Origin: Vulcanimicrobiota bacterium
GTDB taxonomy: Bacteria > Vulcanimicrobiota > Vulcanimicrobiia > Vulcanimicrobiales > Vulcanimicrobiaceae
Length of the DNA stretch: 64,000 nt
Assembly: GCA_963786105.1 (NCBI GenBank)
Contig: CAWAXX010000018.1
Span: 96,001 to 160,000 of the forward strand
Direction of reading: 5' to 3'
Shown: positions 27,684 to 37,064 of the stretch, piece by piece
Layout of the letters: each line of letters opens with the position of its first letter
Numbering within the stretch: the first letter of the stretch is position 1
Notes under the pieces: generated by a model
Seen by the model: only the letters and a program-made list of their open reading frames with translations
What the model was told of the DNA's origin: nothing
Database searches by the model: none
Position numbers and translations under genes: made by a program

Positions 27684-28799
27684 ATGAGCACGTTGACGGA
27701 ATCACGCAGCAACCCGCTCGCCCAGATCGATTGGGATTACGTCGAGTTCTACGTCGGAAATGCAAAACAAGCAGCTCACTATTACATGTCGGCATTCGGC
27801 TTCGATCAGCTTGCCTATGCCGGTCCCGAAACCGGCATCAAGAATCGCGTCAGCTATCTGCTCGAGCAGAACAAACTCCGCTTCGTGCTGACGGCGAGCC
27901 TGCTGCCGGACGACGAGATCGCCCGGCACGTCGCACTCCACGGCGACGGCGTTAAGGATATCGCCATTCTGGTGGAGGACGCGCGCGCCGCATTCGATAT
28001 GGCCGTCGCCGGCGGTGCGCGACCGTTGCTCGAGCCGACCGTGCTCGAAGACGACGGCGGACGGCTCGTTCACGCCAAGATCGCGACGTACGGCGAGACC
28101 GTGCACTCCTTCGTCGAGCGCGAGACGTATGCCGGCATCTTCATGCCCGGCTTCGTCGAGCTCCGCAAGACGCTCGCAGCGGCTCGCAAGCCTGGCCTGC
28201 AGTTCATCGATCACTGCGTCGGTAACGTGGGCTGGGGCGAAATGGATGCGTGGGGCGATTTCTACGCACGCGTTTTTGGTTTCTCGCAGCTGGTTTCTTT
28301 CGATGACAAAGATATTTCGACCGAGTACACCGCGCTGCGTTCCAAAGTCATGACGGACGCGCGCCACCGCGTGAAGTTTCCGATCAACGAGCCGGCTCAT
28401 GGCAAAAAGAAATCGCAGATCGAAGAGTACCTGGATTTCTACGAAGGCGCGGGCGTCCAGCACATGGCCATTCGCACCGACGACATCGCGGCGACGGTCC
28501 AGGCGCTCAGGGATAACGGCGTGGAGTTCCTCGACACGCCCGATTCTTACTACGACATGATGGAAGAACGCGTCGGCCGGATCGACGAAGCGACCGAGAT
28601 GCTGCGCGCGCAGCGTATTTTAGTCGATCGCGACGACCAGGGCTATATGCTGCAGATTTTCACCAAACCGCTGCAAGACCGGCCGACGGTATTTTTCGAG
28701 ATCATCCAGCGCAAGGGGAGCCTGTCGTTCGGGAAAGGCAACTTTAAGGCACTGTTCGTTTCGATCGAGCGCGAACAGGAAAAGCGGGGAACGCTCTAA
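27684..28799 (+). CDS. hppD: 4-hydroxyphenylpyruvate dioxygenase
   Basis: HGDGVKDIA, DHCVGN, PINEP, QIEEYL, GVQH, LQIFTKP, FEIIQR, FGKGNF. Confidence 0.97.
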   Translation: MSTLTESRSNPLAQIDWDYVEFYVGNAKQAAHYYMSAFGFDQLAYAGPETGIKNRVSYLLEQNKLRFVLTASLLPDDEIARHVALHGDGVKDIAILVEDARAAFDMAVAGGARPLLEPTVLEDDGGRLVHAKIATYGETVHSFVERETYAGIFMPGFVELRKTLAAARKPGLQFIDHCVGNVGWGEMDAWGDFYARVFGFSQLVSFDDKDISTEYTALRSKVMTDARHRVKFPINEPAHGKKKSQIEEYLDFYEGAGVQHMAIRTDDIAATVQALRDNGVEFLDTPDSYYDMMEERVGRIDEATEMLRAQRILVDRDDQGYMLQIFTKPLQDRPTVFFEIIQRKGSLSFGKGNFKALFVSIEREQEKRGTL

Positions 28800-28809
28800 G
28801 GAAATCGCC

Positions 28810-30084
28810 ATGCGACAATTGACGACCCCGAACCTCGACCGGGAGACCCTCCTCGACTGGTACCGCCGCAACCGCGCCCGCTCGGCGCAAATCTTCGGTT
28901 TGGTGGCCGATGAGGCGTTCTACTCACGGCCAATTCCGCTGCGGCATCCCTTCATTTTCTACGAGGGTCATATTCCCGATTTCAGTTTTCTGACGCTCAA
29001 CGCGCGCGCGCTCGGTGAACCGTCCATCGATGCTTCGCTGGAGCGTCTGTTCGAGCGCGGCATCGATCCAGGTTCGCTGGCCGACGCCAAACGACTCGAA
29101 CGCAGCGACTGGCCGTCGCGCCGGGAGGTGGACGCGTTCGGCCGAATTTGCGACGAGCGCGTCGAGCGCGCCATCGCGCATGCGCGCCTCGAGGATCCCG
29201 ACGTGCCGCGGTTGGCGCGCGGGCAAGCCGTCTATACCGTGCTCGAACACGAACAGATGCATCACGAAACGCTGGTGTACATCGTGCATCGGTTGGATGC
29301 CGGGCAAAAAGCGCGGGTCGCGCAACGGCACGAGGATCGAACCCCGCCGGTCAACGCCATGCGAGCGGTCTCCGCCGGGCCGGCGACGCTGGGCGTGGAT
29401 CCGGACGAGATTGCGTTCGGCTGGGACAACGAGTTCGGACGCCACGTGGTCGAGGTCCCCGCCTTCGGGATCATGACCTACCCGGTGACCAACGCCGACT
29501 GGCTGAGATTCGTTGCCGACGGCGGAGAAGCACCACCGTTTTGGATCGAACGCGACGGCGAGTGGCGACTCCGAGGCGTCTTCGAGGAGCTTCCACTTCC
29601 GCGCTCGTGGCCGGCGTACGTTTCACATCGTCAGGCCAAAGCTTACGCGAGCTGGGCCGGAACGCGCTTGCCGAGCGAGGCGGAATACCACCGTGCCGCG
29701 TTTTCGACGCCGTCGGGCGAAGAGCGGCCGTATCCGTGGGGCGACGACGCACCGCGCGCGCGCCACGGCAACTTCGATTTTCAGCGCTACGATCCGGCCC
29801 CGGTCGACGCGCATCCGGACGGCGCGAGCGCGTGGGGAGTGCACGACTTGATCGGCAACGGCTGGGAATGGACCGACACGCCGTTCGCTCCGTTCCCCGG
29901 TTTCGAGCCGATGGCGTCCTATCCGCAATACTCCGCCGACTTTTTCGACGGGAAGCATTACGTCATCAAGGGTGCGTCGCCGGTTACGGCGCGCGAGTTC
30001 GTTCGCCGCAGTTTCCGAAACTGGTTTTACGACGACTACCCGTTTATGTACGCGAAGTTCCGCTGCGTTGCGCAGGCTCCTTAG
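28810..30084 (+). CDS. EgtB/OvoA-family non-heme iron sulfoxide synthase (DinB + FGE-like domains)
   Basis: PLRHPFIFYEGH, FERGIDP, Fe motif HEQMHHET, FGWDNE, RLPSEAE, GNGWEWT, FRNW. Confidence 0.85.
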   Translation: MRQLTTPNLDRETLLDWYRRNRARSAQIFGLVADEAFYSRPIPLRHPFIFYEGHIPDFSFLTLNARALGEPSIDASLERLFERGIDPGSLADAKRLERSDWPSRREVDAFGRICDERVERAIAHARLEDPDVPRLARGQAVYTVLEHEQMHHETLVYIVHRLDAGQKARVAQRHEDRTPPVNAMRAVSAGPATLGVDPDEIAFGWDNEFGRHVVEVPAFGIMTYPVTNADWLRFVADGGEAPPFWIERDGEWRLRGVFEELPLPRSWPAYVSHRQAKAYASWAGTRLPSEAEYHRAAFSTPSGEERPYPWGDDAPRARHGNFDFQRYDPAPVDAHPDGASAWGVHDLIGNGWEWTDTPFAPFPGFEPMASYPQYSADFFDGKHYVIKGASPVTAREFVRRSFRNWFYDDYPFMYAKFRCVAQAP

Positions 30085-31687
30085 CCTGCTGGCCCTGCTG
30101 GCACTGGTGCCGGCAGCTACCGCCGGGTGCTCCAAGAGCGGCACTCAGAACGCGGCGCCCAGCGACCAGTTGCGGGCCGCGCTTATCATCAATCCGACGC
30201 AGCTCAATCCGATCTTGCCGCAAAACTCGATCGAAAACTTCGTCGACGGTTTACTCTTCGATCTGCTGGTCACGCAAGACCAGCATCATCGTCAAGTCGC
30301 CGATTTGGCAGCCGTCGTGCCGTCGCTTGAAAACGGCGGAATCAGCAAAGACGGCCTGACCATCACGTACCATTTGCGGCACGGCGTCAAGTGGCACGAT
30401 GGCGCCCCATTTACCAGCAAAGACGTGAGGTTCACTTGGCAGGCCGTACTCGACACGCGCAATAACGTGGTGTCGCGGCGCGGCTACGACCAGGTCGCTT
30501 CGCTGGAGACGCCCGACGATTACACCGTCGTCATGCACATGAAGCGCGTGTTCGCTCCGGCGATCGACACGATCTTTGGCGAGAGCGATACCCCCTTGCG
30601 CATTCTTCCCGCTCACCTGCTGGCAAAGTATTCCAATCTCAATCAAATACCGTTCAACGCGGCGCCGGTCGGCACCGGACCGTACCAGTTCGTCCGCTGG
30701 GCGCGCGGCGACCGGATCGTCTTACGCGCGAACGACGCGTATTTCCGCGGCGCTCCGGCGTTGAAACGATTGACGCTTCCGATCATTCCCGACGACAATA
30801 CCACCGGGGCACAGATCCGCTCGCGCGAAGTCGACTTGGCGCTCGAGATTCCGGCGCCGGTTTATCGCGACGCTGCCGACGTGCCGGGCGTCGTTCGACA
30901 ACTCGCCGACGCTCCGGCGTATACGTCGATCGTCTTCAACACCAAGCGCGCGCCGCTCGACGACGTGCGGGTTCGCCGCGCTCTGGTTCTCGGTATGAAC
31001 CGCTCCGCAATCGTGCGCGACGACACGTACGGAACGGGGCAATTAGCCGTCGCCGATCTTTCGCCGTATTATTGGGCTTTCGACCCCACGCTAAAACCGG
31101 CGGCGTACTCGCTCGATCAAGCCAAAGCACTCCTCGACGCGGCGGGATGGCGTCCCGGTTCCGACGGCGTGCGCGCGCGCAACGGCACGCGTCTGTCGCT
31201 GCTGTTGGTCTACGGTTCCGGCAGCCAGCTGGTTCGCACGGTCACGGCGCAGGTTCAGCAAATGTACCGTCCGCTGGGCGTCGATATTCAGCTCAAAGGG
31301 TTCGACTACGCGACGCTTTACGCCGCCGCCCAAAACGGCGGCATCCTCAACGCCGGAAAGTTCGACTTGGCAATGTATGCGTGGATTTCCGGCTCCGATC
31401 CCGACGACTCTTCCCAGTGGACGTGCGCCGCCGTTCCCCCGGCCGGCAATAACGTGTCGCGCTACTGCGCGGCGGAGATGGACGCAGCCCAGAAGCTAGC
31501 CCTGTCGACCTTCGACCGTTCCATTCGTACCAAAGCCTACGCACGAATCCAAGCGTTGCTCCTGCGCGACGCGCCGGCTGCTTTTCTCTACTACCAAGCC
31601 CTGCGCTATGCCCACGTCGCGGGCTTGCAAAACTTCACTCCGAACGGCATCAGCGAGGGGTGGAACGCCCAGGAGTGGAGCCGCTAG
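30068..31687 (+). CDS. Peptide/nickel ABC transporter substrate-binding lipoprotein (family 5)
   Basis: TTG start, lipobox TAG-C, LRHGVKWHDG, VGTGPY, VRRAL. Overlaps the upstream gene by 17 nt. Confidence 0.9.
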   Translation: MRRLLSLLALLALVPAATAGCSKSGTQNAAPSDQLRAALIINPTQLNPILPQNSIENFVDGLLFDLLVTQDQHHRQVADLAAVVPSLENGGISKDGLTITYHLRHGVKWHDGAPFTSKDVRFTWQAVLDTRNNVVSRRGYDQVASLETPDDYTVVMHMKRVFAPAIDTIFGESDTPLRILPAHLLAKYSNLNQIPFNAAPVGTGPYQFVRWARGDRIVLRANDAYFRGAPALKRLTLPIIPDDNTTGAQIRSREVDLALEIPAPVYRDAADVPGVVRQLADAPAYTSIVFNTKRAPLDDVRVRRALVLGMNRSAIVRDDTYGTGQLAVADLSPYYWAFDPTLKPAAYSLDQAKALLDAAGWRPGSDGVRARNGTRLSLLLVYGSGSQLVRTVTAQVQQMYRPLGVDIQLKGFDYATLYAAAQNGGILNAGKFDLAMYAWISGSDPDDSSQWTCAAVPPAGNNVSRYCAAEMDAAQKLALSTFDRSIRTKAYARIQALLLRDAPAAFLYYQALRYAHVAGLQNFTPNGISEGWNAQEWSR

Positions 31688-31735
31688 CAAGCGTCGAAGC
31701 CAAGCCGCCCACCCAATAGTGCAAGGAGAGACGGT

Positions 31736-33199
31736 TTGACCACCACCATCGCGACCGCGAAGAAGGTGCCGGTGACGGTTGCCTACGGCGACGGTATCGG
31801 CCCCGAAATCATGGACGCCACGCTGCGTATCATCACCGATGCCGGCGCTCAGCTCGACCTCGAGCGGATCGACATCGGCGAGGCCGTTTACAACAAAGGT
31901 TTGAGTAACGGGATCGAGCCGTCATCGTGGGAGTCGCTGCGACGAACGAAGGTCTTTCTGAAGGCGCCGATCACGACCCCTCAAGGCGGCGGATTCAAGA
32001 GCCTCAACGTGACCGTTCGCAAGACGCTTGGGATGTACGCGAACGTCCGTCCGTGCGCGTCGCTCTACCCGTACGTGTCGACCAAACACCCAAACATGGA
32101 CATCGTGATCGTTCGTGAGAACGAGGAAGACGTCTACGGCGGCATCGAGCATCGCCAGACCAATCAAGTCGCGCAGTGCCTCAAGCTTATCTCGCGGCCC
32201 GGGAGCAAGCGTATCGTCCGGTACGCATTCGAATACGCGCGCGCCAACAAGCGTAAGAAAGTCACGTGTTTCACCAAAGATAACATCATGAAGATCACCG
32301 ATGGCTTGTTCCATCGGACTTTCAACGAAATCGCCAAGGAATATCCCGAGATCGAGCACGAGCACTGGATCGTCGACATCGGCGCCGCCAAACTGGCCGA
32401 CACGCCGGAAGCGTTCGACGTCATCGTGATGCCTAATTTGTACGGCGACGTGCTCTCCGACGTCGCCGCCCAAATCACCGGCTCGGTCGGACTGGCGGGT
32501 TCAGCCAACATCGGCGACTACTGTTCGATGTTCGAGGCGATTCACGGTTCCGCACCACGCCGCGCCGGTCAAAACTTGGCCAACCCCTCGGGATTGTTGC
32601 ACGGCGCGCTTCTCATGTTGGTGCACATCGGACAAGCCGAAGCAGCCGAAAGGGCGCACAACGCCTGGCTGCGCACCATCGAAGACGGTATCCATACCTA
32701 CGACATCTACAAAGACGGCGTCTCCAAACAAAAAGTGGGAACGCGCGAATTCGCCGATGCCGTGATCGCGCGACTGGGGCAGAAGCCGCAAAGCCTCAAA
32801 CCGGCCGAATATGCCAAAGACGTCCACATGAATCTCGCAATCCGTCCGGCCGGCAAGCCGCCGATGAAGCTCCGGGTCGGGGTCGACATTTTTATCGATC
32901 GCCGCGACGGCAATCCCGACATTATCGCCGGGGCGCTGGAGCTGCTCAAAGTTCCGGGGGCGAGGCTGACGATCATCAGCAATCGCGGTACCAAGGTTTG
33001 GCCCAACGGTAATCCCGACACGTATTGGAGCGATCACTGGTCGTGCCGTTTCGAAAGCGACGGCACCGAGCTGTTCACCGCGCAGCACGTCGTGAAGTTG
33101 CTGGAGGCCGCCGATCGCGCCGGTTTCGACGTCATCAAGACCGAGGGTCTCTACACGTTCAACGGCGAGCGCGGTTATTCGCTCGCTCAAGGCGAATAG
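31736..33199 (+). CDS. icd: NADP-dependent isocitrate dehydrogenase (form with C-terminal extension)
   Basis: GDGIGPEI, KAPITTP, SLNVTVRK, RENEED, NLYGDVLSD, EAIHGSAP, ISNRG. SD AAGGAG before TTG. Confidence 0.96.
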   Translation: MTTTIATAKKVPVTVAYGDGIGPEIMDATLRIITDAGAQLDLERIDIGEAVYNKGLSNGIEPSSWESLRRTKVFLKAPITTPQGGGFKSLNVTVRKTLGMYANVRPCASLYPYVSTKHPNMDIVIVRENEEDVYGGIEHRQTNQVAQCLKLISRPGSKRIVRYAFEYARANKRKKVTCFTKDNIMKITDGLFHRTFNEIAKEYPEIEHEHWIVDIGAAKLADTPEAFDVIVMPNLYGDVLSDVAAQITGSVGLAGSANIGDYCSMFEAIHGSAPRRAGQNLANPSGLLHGALLMLVHIGQAEAAERAHNAWLRTIEDGIHTYDIYKDGVSKQKVGTREFADAVIARLGQKPQSLKPAEYAKDVHMNLAIRPAGKPPMKLRVGVDIFIDRRDGNPDIIAGALELLKVPGARLTIISNRGTKVWPNGNPDTYWSDHWSCRFESDGTELFTAQHVVKLLEAADRAGFDVIKTEGLYTFNGERGYSLAQGE

Positions 33200-33955
33200 C
33201 TAGGCGAAACGCTGGAAGCAGACGCCGAGCGTTAAGAGCACGAGCACCTCGACCGTCACGATCGACGCGCCGTATACGTCGCCGGTAACGACGCCGCCGA
33301 GACGCCGGCTCGCCCACGATGCCGCCGCCCATGCGACCAGCAGCGCGGCGGGCGCTACTGCGAGGGCCCACGGTGCGATCGCCCACGCGAGCGCCTCGAC
33401 CAGCGCCGCGTTCGAGATCAGCGACAGCGCGCTCGGACGCGACGCAAACGTCCGTGTCATCGCGCCGGAGGTTCCGTAGGGAAAGGCCAGCGCGATCGGC
33501 ATCACGGCGAACCGGGCGGTCGCGCCGCTAAACGCCAACACCAACGGAAAGCGCCACGGCGGGATGGCGATCAGCGCTGCCAGCCAGAACGCGGCTACGA
33601 TGGCCATTCCGGCGACGGCAAACGTGCCGTGGCGAACGTCCTTGAGAATCTCGATGCGGCGCTGGGGAGAAGCGCTGGCGAACAAGGCGTCGCATGCATC
33701 GAGGAATCCGTCGACGTGCAGCGCACCGGTTAGGCCGATCGCCGACGCCCACGCGATCAGAAAGGCCCACGAGACTTGCAGCCACGCGTACGAGGCGTAC
33801 CCTGCGAAGCCGGCGATCGCTCCCACGAGCGCACCGACGAGCGGCAACCACTCCAACGCCGCAACGTCGGGCGCTTCCTCGGTCGCGTGTCGCCCCGCCG
33901 GAATGACGGTGTAGTACGCCAGCGCGCGGCCGAGCCCGCGCAGCGCACGGATCAC
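33200..33955 (-). CDS. cobS: Adenosylcobinamide-GDP ribazoletransferase (cobalamin synthase)
   Basis: TGALHVDGFLD..D, ILKD, GVVTGDVYGA. GTGA overlap with cobT. Confidence 0.93.
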   Translation of the reverse strand: MIRALRGLGRALAYYTVIPAGRHATEEAPDVAALEWLPLVGALVGAIAGFAGYASYAWLQVSWAFLIAWASAIGLTGALHVDGFLDACDALFASASPQRRIEILKDVRHGTFAVAGMAIVAAFWLAALIAIPPWRFPLVLAFSGATARFAVMPIALAFPYGTSGAMTRTFASRPSALSLISNAALVEALAWAIAPWALAVAPAALLVAWAAASWASRRLGGVVTGDVYGASIVTVEVLVLLTLGVCFQRFA

Positions 33956-35007
33956 GCGCGGATGGTTTCGTGTGCCGTCGAAACGCCGGCCTCGGCAAAC
34001 GTTTTCATCTCCCACACCATGCGCGCGGCAGCCTCGCACAGGGGAAACGCCAGCGCCGCACCGCTCGCCTCACCAAGACGCAGGTCCAAATCGAACAGCG
34101 GAACCAATCCGAGCGATCGCAACGCCATCGCGTGACCGGCCTCCCTCGACCGGTGCGCCGCGATGCAATACTCGATGGCCGTTGGCGCGACCGCCCGCGC
34201 CAGCAGCGCGGCTGCACCCACGATAAATCCGTCCAAGAGGATCGGAATGCGAGCCCGAGCGGCCGCTAACAAAACGCCGGCCAACCCGACGATTTCGTAA
34301 CCTCCGACCTCACTCGCGACGGTCTTCCACTCCGCTCCGCGCACGCGATTGACGCCCGCCTCGACAACGCCGAGCTTGCGTCGCAGCGTTTCGTCGTCGA
34401 TGCCGGTTCCGCGACCTACCACGTCTTCCGGTGGCGCATCGGTCAGCGCACAGATGATCGCCGCCGCGCTGGTCGTGTTTCCGATTCCCATGTCGCCGAG
34501 CGCGACGATTTGCGGATCGAACTCCTCGCGAATGCGTGCGAACGCGTCCATACCTGCCTGCAGCGCCGCGTCGACGTGTTCGAGCGGCATCGCTGCTTCG
34601 CGCGCAAAGTTGCGCGTTCCGCGCGCCACCGCTACGTCGAACAGGCGTGGATGCGAAGGCAGGTCGGCGGCGACGCCGAAATTGACGACGAACACCTCGG
34701 CTCTCGCGACCCGCGCGAAGGCATTGATCGCCGCGAAGCCGCCGACGAACGCGGCGACCATTTGCGCCGTCACGTCGCTGGGGTACGCGCTCACGCCTTC
34801 GGCGGTGACCCCGTGATCGCCGGCGCCGACGACGATCGCCCGGCGTTCGTACGGGTTCGGCGGAAGACCGCCGTGAATCGCGGCCAGCCACTCCGCAAGC
34901 TCTTCGATTCGTCCCAAGCTCCCAACCGGCTTGGTGAGCTGGCTGATCCTCTCGTGGGCAGCGCGCGCGGCGGCGCGGTCAACCGGTGGAATGGAGATGT
35001 CGTACAT
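33952..35007 (-). CDS. cobT: Nicotinate-nucleotide-dimethylbenzimidazole phosphoribosyltransferase
   Basis: LTKPVGSLGRIE, GDHGV, MGIGNTT, GRGTG, RLGEASGA. Confidence 0.96.
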   Translation of the reverse strand: MYDISIPPVDRAAARAAHERISQLTKPVGSLGRIEELAEWLAAIHGGLPPNPYERRAIVVGAGDHGVTAEGVSAYPSDVTAQMVAAFVGGFAAINAFARVARAEVFVVNFGVAADLPSHPRLFDVAVARGTRNFAREAAMPLEHVDAALQAGMDAFARIREEFDPQIVALGDMGIGNTTSAAAIICALTDAPPEDVVGRGTGIDDETLRRKLGVVEAGVNRVRGAEWKTVASEVGGYEIVGLAGVLLAAARARIPILLDGFIVGAAALLARAVAPTAIEYCIAAHRSREAGHAMALRSLGLVPLFDLDLRLGEASGAALAFPLCEAAARMVWEMKTFAEAGVSTAHETIRA

Positions 35008-35581
35008 CGTTCAGGGTGATTAGCCGCGCTCCGTCCGCTTCCATGGCAACGCGCGTTAAGCTCGCGGGTGAAAAGGCTCGGCGCACGATCGCGTCCTCCT
35101 GGCCGGCAAAGACGCCTAAGACGTCCGTCAGGGCATGCAGCGGACCGGCGTGCGTCACCACCACGACGTGCCCGCCGTCTCCCGGCCGCAATTCCTCGAC
35201 GAACGCGCGCACTCGCGCGGTGACGTCGGCAAAACTCTCACCACCTTCGGGGCGATAGCGGTCCGCGTCGGCAACCGTCATCGGGCGAAGGTGCGGGCGC
35301 GTCGCCAGGATCTCCGCCCACGTTAGACCCTCCCATTTCCCGAACTCGAACTCGCGCAAGCGCTCGTCCGTCGTCACGATCGCGCCGTGCGGCGCGGCGA
35401 CGATACGCGCCGTCTCGTAAGCTCGTTCGAGGTCGCTCGAGTAGAAACGATCGATTCGCTCGCGCGACAAGGCGGCCGCGATCGCGCGCGCCTGATCGCG
35501 GCCTTCGGCCGAAAGCTTCACGTCGCTCCGTCCCTGAAAACGGCCGGTGGCGTTCCACGCGGTCGCGCCGTGCCGGATCAA
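34979..35581 (-). CDS. cobC: Histidine phosphatase, probable alpha-ribazole phosphatase
   Basis: RHG, SSDLERA.ETA, LRE..FG.WEG, GES, VTHAG; upstream of cobT-cobS. Start uncertain. Confidence 0.8.
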   Translation of the reverse strand: MIRHGATAWNATGRFQGRSDVKLSAEGRDQARAIAAALSRERIDRFYSSDLERAYETARIVAAPHGAIVTTDERLREFEFGKWEGLTWAEILATRPHLRPMTVADADRYRPEGGESFADVTARVRAFVEELRPGDGGHVVVVTHAGPLHALTDVLGVFAGQEDAIVRRAFSPASLTRVAMEADGARLITLNDVRHLHSTG

Positions 35582-35595
35582 CGTCAGGTAAAGCG

Positions 35596-36135
35596 CTACT
35601 GCACCTTCTGGAGCAGGTCGTTCATGTCGTTAGCGTGCTCTTCTTCCACCGCGAGCAGGTCTTCCATCAGCCGCCGTGACGTCGGATCTTTTTCGCCCAA
35701 GAACCGAACGATCTCGCTGTACGACTCGATGGCCACCCGTTCGGCAATCAGATCCTCCTTGATCATGTCGACGAGCGACGTTCCCTCTTTGTATTCGCTG
35801 TGACTGCGCGACGCGAGCCCTTCGGGATTGAAATCGGGCGAGCCCCGGAGTTGCGTGATGCGCTCGGCAATGCGGTCGGCATGATTCTGTTCGTCGTTTG
35901 CGTGCTCGAGGAATTCGGCTGCCACTGCATCCTTGTTGAGGCCGGTCGCCATGAAGTAGTGGCGCTTGTAGCGCAACACACAGACGATCTCAGTGGCTAG
36001 CGCTTGATTGAGGATGTCGCAAACCACGTTCGAATCGAGCTCGTAACTATCGGTAATCGCGCCTCGCTCGATATTCTCGCGCGCTCGGCGACGCAGCTCC
36101 TTGACGTCGCTAAGGAAGGGCTGGGTAGTATTCAC
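35596..36135 (-). CDS. Ferritin-like/bacterioferritin-related protein
   Basis: ALATEIVCVLRY, EHANDE..HAD, EDLIAERVAI, EEEHA di-iron ligands. SD GAAAGGA before GTG. Confidence 0.9.
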   Translation of the reverse strand: MNTTQPFLSDVKELRRRARENIERGAITDSYELDSNVVCDILNQALATEIVCVLRYKRHYFMATGLNKDAVAAEFLEHANDEQNHADRIAERITQLRGSPDFNPEGLASRSHSEYKEGTSLVDMIKEDLIAERVAIESYSEIVRFLGEKDPTSRRLMEDLLAVEEEHANDMNDLLQKVQ

Positions 36136-36278
36136 GATCGATCCTTTCTTAATTTTCGACAACGCTCCGTCGAGCACCGCATAACCCCTTTATACCCACG
36201 CCGGTTTCCCGAGTCCCGTCGCCGGCTCGCGCCGGCGATGCCGAGGGTCTCTCCCTGCTTACGTCGTACGTCGAGCGC

Positions 36279-36878
36279 GTGGCCGCCACCCAAGACGACT
36301 CGCGCGCGGAAATCGTGCGATGCTGCGCGCGTTTATGGAATCGGCGCCTCGTTACCGGTACCAGCGGGAACGTCAGCCTCAGGCTCGCAAACGGCGACGT
36401 GCTCGTCACCCCCTCCCAGCGCTCGCTCGAAGAACTGCGAGTCGACGAGCTCGTCCTCGTCGACTCGGAAGGCCGCCCGCGCGACGCCCAGCGTCCAACC
36501 AGCGAGCTTGCGCTGCACTTGGCGGCCTATCGCGCCCGTCCCGACGCGCGCTGCGTCGTGCACACCCACCCTACGTTTTGCGTGGTGTGGTCTCGGACCG
36601 GCCGGGTCTTTCCGCAAGACACCGTCGGCGCACGCGAGACGCTGGGCGTGGTAGGATGGAGCCCCTATTTTCCGCCGGGTTCTACGGAGCTCGCGCGACG
36701 TTGCGCCGACGAATTCGCGCGCGGCTCCGATACGGTGCTGATGGAGCGCCACGGCCTATCAACGATCGGCGAGAACCTCGACGTTGCCTTCGCGCTCACC
36801 GACTTAGCCGAGGAGGCGGCGAGAATTGCGTATTATGCGTCGATCGCCGGCCATCCCCTCGACGCAGCCGACGCATAA
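36279..36878 (+). CDS. Class II aldolase/adducin-family protein
   Basis: GTSGNVS, TPS, PTSE..LH, VHTHP, HG. Confidence 0.92.
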   Translation: MAATQDDSRAEIVRCCARLWNRRLVTGTSGNVSLRLANGDVLVTPSQRSLEELRVDELVLVDSEGRPRDAQRPTSELALHLAAYRARPDARCVVHTHPTFCVVWSRTGRVFPQDTVGARETLGVVGWSPYFPPGSTELARRCADEFARGSDTVLMERHGLSTIGENLDVAFALTDLAEEAARIAYYASIAGHPLDAADA

Positions 36879-36926
36879 CGGCGGGAACAAAACTTCCGCG
36901 CGCGAAAAGCGGGGGCCGTAACTCGC

Positions 36927-37014
36927 GGAGAGGTGGCAGAGTGGTCGAATGCACTCGCTTGGAAAGCGAGCAGAGGTGATAAGTCTCTCGGGAGTTCGAA
37001 TCTCCCCCTCTCCG
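36927..37014 (+). tRNA. tRNA-Ser(GGA)
   Basis: GGAGAGGTGGCAGAGTGGTCGAATGC, CTCGC-TTGGAAA-GCGAG, long variable arm. Confidence 0.96.
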
Positions 37015-37018
37015 AATG

Positions 37019-37064
37019 TGTCATCCTGAGCGGAGCTCGCGTTAGCGAGCGTAGTCGAAGGACG
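37019..37064. repeat. REP-like palindromic repeat, copy 2
   Basis: TGTCATCCTGAGCGGAGCTCGCGTTAGCGAGCGTAGTCGAAGGACG with inner palindrome GCTCGC-GTTA-GCGAGC. Contains the GntR stop codon. Confidence 0.85.

Noticed and set aside
28810..30084. Formylglycine-generating enzyme for the sulfatase, or selenoneine synthase SenA
   Set aside because: Has a DinB domain with HxxxHxE and lacks the FGE catalytic Cys pair; no selD or senB nearby.
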